Source: Octopus sinensis (lineage: Eukaryota). Taken from it: DNA of 64,000 bases. This document shows, in pieces, positions 1 through 10,675 of the stretch. The notes under the pieces were generated by a model. The model had not been told where the DNA came from. It saw only the letters and a program-made list of their open reading frames with translations, and did not search any database. The translations under genes and the position numbers were made by a program. The stretch's first letter is position 1; each line of letters opens with the position of its first letter. The stretch spans positions 62,372,001-62,436,000 of the forward strand of contig NC_043009.1 of NCBI RefSeq assembly GCF_006345805.1, in the 5' to 3' direction.

Positions 1-499
1 CTTTACATATTCACACATACACGTGTACATAGACACACGCGAATACGCGCGCATACATACATATAAAGTAGAAAGCATTAAAAAAAAAGCCAAAATCTAT
101 TTTCTAGAGATTTGCAAATGAAACATCTTCAATGCCATAGAAAACCGGGACATTGCTTAAAGTAGATGCTTCGCTGGCTGCAGATCCTTAAAAGGTATGT
201 GAAATACAAAATGAATAATTCAACAGTGTTTTGACAATCGCGCTGGAACATATATGCAAATAGCTAAGCGAGACGAGATCTTCAATACTGCAACTTTATG
301 TAAGTACGCCGTAACCATGAATTACAGCGGTATACAGGATGTAATATTAGCCATAGATAGAATATATATAAAGTAGCAACAGGCTCTGATACTTTCTGAA
401 CAATTCTCCTAAAAAAACATATGAAAGGACCTTAACCTAAACTATTTCAGTTATTTTTCCAAAACTTCCTGGGAAGAAGTATACTTCTAAAAACATAAA

Positions 500-1720
500 A
501 TAAAATGAAAAGGTTAAAGAAGGCTGTAGTAGCTGAAGATTATAGAGCTATCTCACCGATTTCGTGTATCAGCAAGGTCGTGAAATGAATTATCAAAGAG
601 AAAATGATTAGAATTTATGGCACTGATTTAGGTGGCACTCTATTGTGCTTAAGGTACCACTCACTTCATTCTGAGTCGGTTAGATGCTGCATTACCTTGC
701 TACACAAAGGAACATTAGCTCGTTAATATCCTGCCGAAAAACAGCATAATAGATTTATATGGAGTTAATGCCAGCGCATTCAAACAATGCTTGAATATGA
801 TAGTAAGATCGCAGAAAAGCCTGTCACAACAGGAGATGTATGTGAGGACAAGAGCATCAAATTCTCTCATTCGCCTACACCAAGGACAACGAACTTGTAA
901 GGAAGCCTCTACGTGGCTGTTCGAGCTGCAACTAATAGCAGCTAAATTTTCCTCAAATATTACAGAAGGACCTTAAAATGGTTAAATATACAGGGTAGAT
1001 AATACTGAATGCAATATGTTTCAAGAAAAGTAAAAGATATATACACGACAGATAAAAATATTTTAAGTTGATTCACGGAAGCAGGACTTTCAGTGAACAT
1101 AGAAGAATGAGGAGGTGTCAGGAAGGCCAGAGTCATATGAATTTCAACCATCAATGTTTTAGATTGAGAATATCTTACTATTATTGCAGTGGAAGTCAAA
1201 AGTTATATAAAAGAATGAGCTAACCCAAACAATGGACTATTCCAAGTATATGCTATTAGAAAAAACAAGACTATGTTCTTGCAGAAAGAGTGCCTTCACT
1301 CACTATTGTAAATTGCTGTGTTGCTTATATAATCTGGTGTATTGCTATTTGGCTCGTTCCCCGTTACTTAGAGCTCCTCCTTTCAACAAGACACAACAAA
1401 TTTGGTTTGCCATCAGAGAACGACAGTAGCTACGAATCTGCATGAAGTGGGTTTTAATGTATCTACTCAATACGTACCCCAACACACATTTACAAATATT
1501 CCAGAAAAATGGAGGGAAATTGACAACAGGCAATATCTTTTAAATATACCCCTTTCCATACACCACGGGTACGCACAAAATACTTTTAAACATAAACGTT
1601 TTACATACAAAATTCAGATTGTAAACAACCCAATAGAAATCTAAAAATATTTGCAATACAGCACGCTAACGGCATTGATAACATTTTTATGGAGTCAAAT
1701 GATTTTATCATCATACACGG
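500..1720 (+). mobile_element. Highly degraded CR1/L2-like LINE remnant (reverse transcriptase region)
   Basis: 535-620 reads EDYRAISPISCISKVVK*IIKEKMI, resembling the DYRPISL.S.ISK..E.II motif at the start of LINE RT. The downstream HHGYAQNTFK segment resembles the CR1 C-terminal RGH..K.F motif. Many stops and frameshifts; boundaries approximate. Confidence 0.5.
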
Positions 1721-2029
1721 CATCCACATTGAAATAATACAGAAAAATATTCTTACTCCAAAAACATAAAGCTCCCAGCATTCCAAATATGCTCAAATAA
1801 GACTAGAGAGATCTTATCGATGCGGTGTGAGATGAACTTTATAGCAGTATACATTTTTTTAAAAATCTGCATTCAATATATATAGACATACGTTAATGAT
1901 ATTCATAAACCAATAGATGGAGACACTGAGCGACAAATGCAGGCTTTTAAAATAAAACGAGCAGCATGAAGCACATTAACATAATAAACCGGAACACACA
2001 CATAGACATCACACGTGCGCATATATTGG

Positions 2030-2095
2030 TATTTATTTATTTATTTATTTATTTATTTATCTATTTATTTATTTATTTATTTATTTATTTATTCA
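2030..2095. repeat. (TTTA)n microsatellite
   Basis: Direct reading. Confidence 0.9.
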
Positions 2096-2414
2096 TCAAG
2101 GTTTTGACAAGATGAACGTGTGTCTTTTGTTTTATGATAAATATTATATAACCGTCATGACATAAATTAGCTCTCTTCCATGTATATCAGCTTGTACGAT
2201 TTGTCATCCATATGCTGTTGAAACGGCTGTAAACTATGGAATAAATGTGATAGCAACAATAACATTCTTCGCTATACGTATCTTCCTATAACAATATACG
2301 TACATTCCTACCCAACTACCTACCCACCTACTTACCTACCAACCTACTTACCTACCTACCTACCTACCTACCTGCCTGCCTACCTACCTATCTACCTACA
2401 TACCAACATATATA

Positions 2415-2445
2415 CAGGGTGGACCGAAAGTCACGCACCAAGACT
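2415..2445 (+). mobile_element. Isolated Tc1/mariner-type terminus (TA|CAGGGTGGACCGAAAGTCACGCACC)
   Basis: TA followed by CAGGGTG is a common Tc1/mariner TIR start; no partner end found. Confidence 0.35.
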
Positions 2446-2552
2446 AAAACTCATGTAATATATACTGCATATATATTTTTTTTCTAAAATTCAATAAAAT
2501 GAATAAAATAATGATGAATATACACTTACTTGTACATGATGAATAAAAGGAA

Positions 2553-2587
<35 letters not shown>

Positions 2588-2623
2588 ATAATAATAATAA
2601 TAATAATAATAATTATAATTATA

Positions 2624-2985
2624 TTAGGTTGTTCCGAAAATAATGGCCGATTTCAGAAATATAATTTTATTCTGGAAAAATTAACAATAGAAATGTTTTG
2701 ATTAGTCAAAGTATGAGCAGTGAACATATATGCATCTCTGCCATCGATCAACGAGATTATTTATGCCTGGTTGATAAAAACTTATTGGCTTCGATGCTAC
2801 GAAATCTTTGAAAGCTGATTCCACCTCTGGTTTGGACTTGAAAGTTTTATCAATTAAAAAGCGTGTTGAAATGCTTAAAAAATGGTAGTCAGCTGGTGAA
2901 AGATCAGGAGAATATGGAGGATGTGGTAAAGTCTCGTATCTCAAGTCTGTGAGTTTCTGCGGCGTCATTCTTGCAACATGTGACT
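2624..2985 (-). mobile_element. Mariner (DD34D) transposon 3' fragment with right TIR
   Basis: ORF 2702-2968 contains HPPYSPDLSPADYHFL...RWQRCI...SYFD, the mariner YSPDLAPSD catalytic-end motif. The end TA|TTAGGTTGTTCCGAAAATAATGGCCG at 2622-2650 resembles mariner TIRs. Confidence 0.9.
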
Positions 2986-3000
2986 TTGCATTTTAGAGAG

Positions 3001-3053
3001 ATGCCCCAGCATGGCCGCAGTCAAAATAACTGAAACAAGCAAAAGAATAAGAG
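3001..3053 (+). mobile_element. SINE family A 3' tail fragment
   Basis: CCCCAGCATGGCCGCAGTCAAAATAACTGAAACAAG matches the tails of full copies at 40943-41340 and 31430-31860. Confidence 0.75.
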
Positions 3054-3093
3054 TGTTCAACAGTTTCTCTTCTCTAACAACAGAAATGAATGA

Positions 3094-3125
<32 letters not shown>

Positions 3126-3242
3126 CAGAACTGTATGTTTCATGAAGCCCTAAACCAAATTCTAACTGAAGTCTAGAGAAATACCTGACGTTGCCTGGGA
3201 AATCATGCACGCAGTCAGTAACACACACACACACACACGCAC

Positions 3243-3278
<36 letters not shown>

Positions 3279-3319
3279 GTCCAGACCACCAGCCCTCTCT
3301 CACACGCACATACATACTC

Positions 3320-3635
3320 TCTTATACACACACGCACCTTCGTGTTGGGGCGAAGTCACTTGACCCTGTTATCTCCCCTACTATCCCTCTAGCGTCTAAC
3401 GTCTGACCTCTGAACTCTGACTTCTGCCTGAATTCAGAACGCCATGATAGACCGTTAGCTCCCACACGCATTTTTTCTCTCCTTGTTTCTTTTCTGTGTA
3501 TCTTTCTGTCGAAGATCGTAGGCTCGAAACGTAAAAGACTTGTTCTATTTCTATTCCTGAGCGCCATACTAATACATTTGTTTGTTTGTACTCCACCTGC
3601 CTTCGTCTTTTGTTTATTTTCGTAAACCTTCCCGT
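3320..3635 (+). mobile_element. Penelope-like element terminus fragment with hammerhead-like motif (3501-3538)
   Basis: GAAGATCGTAGGCTCGAAACGTAAAAGA has the short-stem/GAAAC/GUH layout seen at Penelope termini. Family assignment is inference. Confidence 0.4.
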
Positions 3636-3958
3636 CAATATATATATATATATATATAAACGCGGAGTAGATGAAACAGGGACAACTGAAGAAGGGGAAT
3701 ATTCTTTATGTTGCATCTCTCGTTTCTCTGTTTGTTTTTCGTTGTTCGAAAAAAAGTTCGTTTTCTATGTTTTTGTTTTTATGTTTTCGTTTCTCATTAT
3801 GTTCAGCATTTTTTATATGTCCTGTACCCATATATGCATGTATATATACATATATATGTAGGTATGTACATATATGTATGTATATAATGTATGTATATTA
3901 TGTAAAAAAAAGTGATGACAAAGGGATTAAGCGATTATATTATAGATTTCATGTTTGA

Positions 3959-4039
3959 AGCTTTGATGAAAATATAAGTTGTTACTCAGGCATTCGATTA
4001 TGAGTCAAACGCATCTTATAGCGGAAACAACTGTAAGCT
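3959..4039 (+). ncRNA. Decayed type I hammerhead ribozyme motif
   Basis: AGCT-TTGATGA-[eroded long stem: tataag/cttata, actca/tgagt]-GAAAC-AACT-GTA-AGCT. Helix I AGCT/AGCT is intact; C3 is U and the helix II base is mismatched. Confidence 0.5.
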
Positions 4040-4341
4040 AATGAAGTTCATAAGATAACCATTGTTTTTCTTGTGACCGCTCTGTACACGAGCAACGCTT
4101 CGTTCAGAAGTATATCTATATTGAGTTCTACACCAGGTTATTAGTATCACAATGCCTAAGCGATATATATATATATACAAATTATAAAAAAACACCTTTT
4201 ATCAATTCAAAATGAACAATTATATTACACCATCTAGAAAATTACATATAATAGAAATATTAAAATTTAATTAAACAATAAAATACCGATGATTAAGTAA
4301 ATTACAAAAAAAATAATAAAAACATATATAATTGGTAGAAT

Positions 4342-4440
4342 AACGACACGTGTTTCGTGGCTATATTTAAGAAATGGGTATAGTAAAAAAATTAATAGTA
4401 GTAAAATCACTTCGATATAAATATAGCCACTCCTCAGGTT
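4342..4440 (-). ncRNA. Type I hammerhead ribozyme (Penelope/retrozyme-like, intact core)
   Basis: Minus strand reads (T)AAC CTGAGGA G TGGCTATATTTA [48 nt] TAAATATAGCCA C GAAAC ACGT GTC GTT(A). All core nucleotides are present, helix II is 13 perfect bp, and predicted cleavage is between 4345 and 4344. Confidence 0.8.
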
Positions 4441-4486
4441 AAAAATAAACTAGAATATAAATAAATAATTAATAAATATACTTTAA

Positions 4487-4530
<44 letters not shown>

Positions 4531-4780
4531 CATTATTTTTCCCTCAAATAATGATAAATTATATTATATTATTATTATTTTATTATTATATTATTATTAT
4601 ATATATATATATAATAATTATTATTATTTCAGGGAAAAATAATGGTTATATATATTTTTTTAAAGTATATTTATTTATTAATTATTTTATTATTCTAGTT
4701 TAATTTTAACCTGATGAGTGGCTATATTTATATCGAAGTGATTTTACTACTACTATTAATTTTTTTACTATAACCATTTC
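4371..4780. repeat. ~410-bp fold-back inverted duplication
   Basis: 4371-4480 is the reverse complement of about 4660-4780. The inner parts also pair (cattatttttccct / agggaaaaataatg), with the centre near 4590-4600. Confidence 0.9.
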
Positions 4781-4782
4781 TA

Positions 4783-4838
<56 letters not shown>

Positions 4839-5080
4839 ATATATACATACATATATATAATACATAAATATACATATATATATATACATACATATTACAT
4901 ATACATATATATATATACATACATATATACATATACATATATATGTATATATATACATACATACATATACATATATATATATACATATATAGATATATAT
5001 ATACAGACATATACATATATGCATGCATACATACACACACACACGCACGCACACACACACACTCACATACACACACACAT
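4781..5080. repeat. Compound (TA)n/(CATA)n/(CA)n microsatellite
   Basis: Direct reading. Confidence 0.9.
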
Positions 5081-5610
5081 ATATATATTTATTTTTATAT
5101 ATTAAGAGAAAGAAAATGAGGTGGTCGGAAATTTGGATAATTATACATTTAGCGCTTTCATCTCTTTCTGAGAGAATTATCATTCCTGATAATTCTGTCA
5201 CAAAGACATGAAAGTGTTAAATAAGTGATTATCCGAAATTCTGACAACCTCATCTTTCTTAATACATTAAATCTGTACACAACTTCAAACAATCTCTCTA
5301 TCTCTTTCTCTCTCTCTCTCTTCCTCCCTCTCTCTTTCTACGCACATACACACACACATATATATATTCTTCGTTTTCTTTTCGTTTTTCGTAATCCTTA
5401 CAAACATTACCTGCGTTGCAGTAACCCACGCTCTGTAATAGATAATAACGCAGTGACGTTCCAATGGTGAAATCATAGTTAATGTAATTTTTTACGATGT
5501 ATTTGAAATGTATACCAAATGACAATACACTTAGAATATAGGGTCGAGTTGTGCAATAAGCACTCATATCTCATGCCTTTTAAGTTTATCGTTCCTCTTT
5601 TTCTTTCATG

Positions 5611-5790
5611 ATCATTAAACTGCGGCCATGCTGGGGCACCGCCTTGTAGATTTTACCGAATTAAATCGAGCCTAATATTTATTTTTCGTATGTGGTACTT
5701 AGTCTTGTTTGCTCAAACGCTAAGTTACAGGTACGTAAACAAACCAGCACCGGCTGTCAAGGGGTGAAAGGAGAAAACACAACCACAAAG
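5611..5790 (-). mobile_element. SINE family A 3' half
   Basis: ctgcggccatgctggggcaccgcc and cgctaagttac...gtaaacaaaccagcaccgg match the reverse complement of the family A tail and body. Confidence 0.7.
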
Positions 5791-5840
<50 letters not shown>

Positions 5841-5888
5841 CACAAATACAAATACAAACATACGCACAAACACACACAGACACATATA

Positions 5889-7517
5889 CAATATCTCACA
5901 GAAGTATGTACACCCCTAAAAATTTTCTGTAAATTGCTACTAGCCTGATAATATCGAAGGAAATCAAATAAATAAAACATATTATACATGCAAACATAAT
6001 ACAAATTTGGAACACAAAACATTTTCAAAGATATGAACGAAATATGAATTTTCAAACATTACAAAAATATGTACACCCTAAAGGAAATTTACAATATTCA
6101 ATATTTTTATCCACTTTTTTTTTTTATTAATTCAGATATTGTTGATAATTTCAATTCTAATAAATTATTCCTCCTGGCATTTTTGCACCGGTCATTGTTA
6201 TTGCATCTGCAGGAATTCTGATTTGTTACCGTGGTGAAATTTTTTTTCCACTGTGATTAAAATGGCACCAAAAAGGGAAAAAATTGTCTGAAAATTTGAA
6301 GAAAATTATTTTTAATTTGCACAAGAATGGTTCAGGATACAGGCTAATTAGTAAACGAATACATATTAGCGTAAACACAGTTGGCAAAGAAGTAATTCAG
6401 AAGTACAAAGCTACCGGACAGCTAAGCAATAAACATCGTCCAGGTCTTCCTTCTATTTTAACTGCGCGTGATACTCGCCACAACCAAAATTGCTTGATGG
6501 ACGACAGGCGTCGCACCGCTTCGTTTTTGACTCAAGAAATGTCTTCTGTCAGTGGAAAGAGTGTATCCACCGAAAAAGTTCGCCGAAGTTTGAACCATTG
6601 TGGTCTTCATGGGCGCATTCCTCGTAGGAAACCTCTCTTCACTACCAGGCATAAATCAAGTCGTCTTTCTTTTTCCGAAACCTATGTGAGTAAGGAGAAG
6701 GAATTTTGGAATAAAATTCTTTTTTCTGGCGAGACTACTTTCAACTTGTTTGGGTCAGATGGTATTAAACGAGTATGGCGACGACCAGGTGAAGATAATA
6801 GCGACGAAGGCACCGTGCTTACCGTGAAATACGGCGGCGGATGTGTTATGCTTTGGGGATGCATGAGGGCGGCTGGTGTGGGAGGACTCACATTTATTGA
6901 GAGAACAATGGCTTCAAGGCTTTATTGTGACATATTGCAGAAAACAATGTTGAAAAGAATCAAGGAACTAGGAAGACATTCCATGTTCCAACATGATAAT
7001 GACCCTAAACACACTTCAAAGATGACGACTAAGATTTTGTCAGATAAAAAGGTAAAGGTATTGCCTTGGTCTACCATGTCACCCGATTTAAATCCAATAG
7101 AACATCTGTGGAGTGTTTTGAATAGGAAGTTTGAAGAGCAAAAACCCTGCAATGTAACATAGTTGAAAGACACCATTCAGAATGAATGGAGGTCGATTTC
7201 ATCGGTTATATGCGGAAATTTAGCTAACTCTATGCCCAGAAGACTTAATGCAGTCATTTGAAGCAAGGACGGTCACACTAAATATTGAATATAATAAACA
7301 ATCCTCTAGGGTGTACATATCTTTGCATCGTTTGAAAATTAATATTTCGTTCATATCTTTAAAATATTTATTGTTTTGTGTTCCAAATTTGTATAATGTT
7401 TGAATGCATAATATATTTTATTCAGTATAAATTTCGTTTGATTTCCTTCGATATTATCAGAGTAATGGTAAATTTACTGAAATTTTTTAGGAGTGTACGT
7501 ACTTCTGCGCGATACTA
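5889..7517 (+). mobile_element. Full-length Tc1-family DNA transposon (~1.63 kb) with long IR/DR-type TIRs
   Basis: TA flanks at 5887-5888 and 7518-7519. About 200-bp TIRs (CAATATCTCACAGAAGTATGTACACCCC vs reverse complement of gagtgtacgtacttctgcgcgatacta) each carry an inner repeat of the gtacaccc(c)ta motif. Encloses a transposase pseudogene. Confidence 0.95.
6262..7288 (+). pseudogene. Tc1 DD34E transposase pseudogene
   Basis: ATG at 6262 (MAPKREK), then a +1 frameshift in an A-run into ORF 6284-7162. Motifs are ILFSGETTF (first catalytic D is G), FQHDNDPKH and SPDLNPIEHLW, with 34 residues between D and E. In-frame stops at 7160-7162 and near 7260; the true end GHTKY* is at 7288. Confidence 0.93.
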
Positions 7518-8164
7518 TATATAAACAATATTGTTTATAAACGTTCCCCCATTGGGCCCCAAATAAATTTTCCCCCTATTATCATCTTAAGTTTCTTAGT
7601 ACATTGCCCCTTTAACTGGTAATTAACATCATGATTTAACGTATACCTCTACTCTGCCTCTTTTTTTATAGACAGTTACTTCTATCAAATTGACTCTTCC
7701 TAATGTCTTATTTCCTTTCTCTAGGGGAAAAGGGATACCTATGTTAATATTTATGTCAATACCTAGCATGGAGCTGTCAACTCACTCTTGTCCCTCATTC
7801 AAAATGGACACAATCTTCTAGTCTCAGATTTAATAGATGATAAAGAGATAAATTAGAAATGACTTACAACCATTACAGCCCTATGACCCCACTATGCTCC
7901 ATGCGATTCTAAAGAATTGTAGTTTATTCTTAACCGCTCTGCTACAATAGCGACAACATGAATTTCTTCCATCTTCTTACTGTTACAATATTTAAGAAAA
8001 ATTATATTAATGTGTCCTACTTGTTAAAAAATTCTATATTTTGTGCAGCTAAAGACAGCACTGCGTTTAAATTGATGTAATGATTGCATTGTTCAATTAA
8101 ACGGATCCGCTCGAAACGGTCGTACTGCATTACTACTAGACATCCTGTTGCTTATATATATATA

Positions 8165-8535
8165 AGAAACTGTTTATTTCCATTTTCTACAAGTGGGGGC
8201 TCCATATACGACTATCCCGGTGGTGCGCATGGCAGAATTTTGGAGGGAAAATTTACGGTCTCAGTCGTTTACTTAATTTTAACCTATGCACACTTCCCCC
8301 CACTATCTGATGACGCCTGGTCAGAGGTGGAGGCTGGTGGCATTTGATAAATCTAACGAAGATGGTGCTGAAGAAAGACTTTAGGCAATTTCTCGCCTCC
8401 GATCTGGAAACATGTTCACCATTAACGGTAAGGGTATTGTTTTCGTTTATTTGCTACTCCGATTTTGCGTATGTGAATCGCAGGGTTATGTCGTATATGG
8501 AGCCCCCACTTGGAAAATGGAAATAAACAGTCTCT
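8165..8535. mobile_element. MITE-like element with ~47-bp terminal inverted repeats
   Basis: 8165-8212 (agaaactgtttatttccattttctacaagtgggggctccatatacgac) pairs with 8490-8535 apart from a 2-nt indel and one mismatch. No coding capacity; TSD not clear. Confidence 0.7.
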
Positions 8536-8702
8536 GACTGCCATTTCTAATTCTTTCGGTATGCGGCGGAGAGCAACTGTTGCCTGCCCTTTACTTATAT
8601 ACTATATATACTGAACTCTACAGAAGTTCCCGACGCTTAAAGTCATATTTACATATATATATTTACATATATACATTTATATATATACAAATGTATATAC
8701 AT

Positions 8703-8736
<34 letters not shown>

Positions 8737-8747
8737 GTACGTATGTA

Positions 8748-8907
8748 TGTCATTTTCAGTTTATTTCAAAATTTCTTGTCAATAAAGAAAGAACCGGTTT
8801 CTAACCTAGATCCAAGGCTCCTTCATTGCAATTTCAACGTGAACAACAGGGTATCTTTGTCTGTCTGTCTGTCTATCTGTATGTATGTATGTATGTATGT
8901 ATGTATG

Positions 8908-8941
<34 letters not shown>

Positions 8942-10060
8942 TGTATGTATGTATGTATGTATGCATGCATGCATGCATGGTATGTATGTATGTATGTATG
9001 TATGTATGTATGTATGTATGTATGTATGTATGTATGCATGTATGTGTGTATATGTGCAGATTTGTATGTTTTGCTTTATGTATGTATTCTCATGCATATA
9101 GTTGCATATCTAGACATGCTCATATATATTTAAATGATAAACTTTTACAGATTTTTGCAGTTCCAGTGATGGATTGAATCTGTAGTCTTTGAATTAGCTC
9201 TATCCTTTCTGGTTTTGAGAAACCTAATTTCTCAAGATTGGTATTTAGGCAGTGTGTTACATATCCCAGAACCCTAATAATTACAGGTATGAATCTGAAC
9301 TTGCATTCTGGATACAATAACTGCAAATTTCTGAATAGTTCAGCATAGGTGTTCTCTTTTTCACTGATCTTCATGTTAACATCCGCTGGGCAGCTAATTT
9401 CCACAACTGTACATAGTTTCTCTTCTCAATCCCAAACCATTATATCAGGTCTGTTGTGCTTACATTTCACTGAGGTCTTCACTGGGACATTCCACCAGAA
9501 CTCCTTTTTATTATGAGTGGCTATGGCTTCTACTATATTGTGGATTCTTATTTCTTTGTCCTCGGGATTATCCTTCCGACAGATTTCATTAGAGAGTGTC
9601 CTATAGAGACTCCACAAAGTCTGCATCGGTTGTCACATTTTACTGCTTTTCCTGCATCTCTATCCCTTTTGTGCATCAGGTACTTGGTTGATATTTCCAG
9701 CTCCTGGATTGCAAACGCATACCCTTCATAGTGGGAAGTAGTAATCCGGCTTTTGGTCCATGATAAACTGCTTTGATGATTGATGTTACTATCATCCCGG
9801 ATCTTTCTATTAACATAGGCATGCATAGTCTTCTGCTCATATATGCTCATCCTTTCATCTGATGATACGTCGCGGAAAAGTCGTGCGACTTCTTTGGGCA
9901 TGTATTGTAGGTTAGCAGACAAAGAGTGTTGCTCCAGGAGCTGCCTTCCAAGTCTTATGATGTTATCAGCCTCATGTATGCAAACTTGGTCTAGGGATTC
10001 ACTTCGAGACTTGGTGGTTAAAAGATGTTGCCAAAGGGATATAATGCGACATTCAAAGGC
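8748..10060 (-). mobile_element. 5'-truncated Dong/R4-like non-LTR retrotransposon (REL endonuclease C-terminus plus 3' UTR)
   Basis: Frameshifted ORFs give AIQELEI..KY...CDNRCRLC (zinc knuckle start), NRPDIMVWD and EISCPADVN..K..EKE..Y (PD-D/ExK endonuclease), and IQSITGT.KICK. The 3' UTR has an internal (CATA)n and ends ATGACATACATAC. Confidence 0.85.
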
Positions 10061-10091
<31 letters not shown>

Positions 10092-10230
10092 TGTATGTAT
10101 GTATGTATGTATGTATGTATGTATGTATATATATATATATATATATTGGTGTGTGTGTGTGTGTGTGTGTGTGTGTATTATGTATGTATATATATGTGTG
10201 TGTGTGTGTAATCATATATATATATATATA
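10061..10230. repeat. (TATG)n/(TA)n/(TG)n compound microsatellite
   Basis: Direct reading. Confidence 0.9.
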
Positions 10231-10242
10231 TGATTATGTGAA

Positions 10243-10475
10243 CATTGTTCGAAAATGATTGTTAAAAACAATTATTCGAAAAACATTTATTCGAATGGAA
10301 AATTGTATGAATGATAATTATTCAAACGGACAATTATACGAAATGTCAATTATTCCAAATTTTTACTTTATTTTATTATTTTATTCAAACAAAAAGGATA
10401 AGATTAAAAATCAAGTACACAAATGATATTAATTTCGAATTACAGTTTTCGAATAACTGTCTTCGAACATTTTTA
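10243..10475. repeat. Degenerate ~15-bp subrepeat array (ATT(G/A)TTCGAA core), possible non-autonomous DNA element
   Basis: Successive units attgttcgaaaatg, attattcgaaaaac, tttattcgaatggaaa, attgtatgaatgata, attattcaaacggaca, attatacgaaatgtca; further TTCGAA motifs at 10434-10468. Confidence 0.5.
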
Positions 10476-10537
10476 TGATACGATATATATATATAGACAC
10501 ACACACACACACACACCACACACATAATATATATATA

Positions 10538-10591
<54 letters not shown>

Positions 10592-10629
10592 CATATATAC
10601 ATGCATATACAGATATATATAATATATAT

Positions 10630-10675
<46 letters not shown>

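Noticed and set aside
2189-2234. AGCT...GAAAC-GGCT-GTA-AACT as a copy of the decayed hammerhead family
   Set aside because: The CUGANGA half and helix II are not recognisable.
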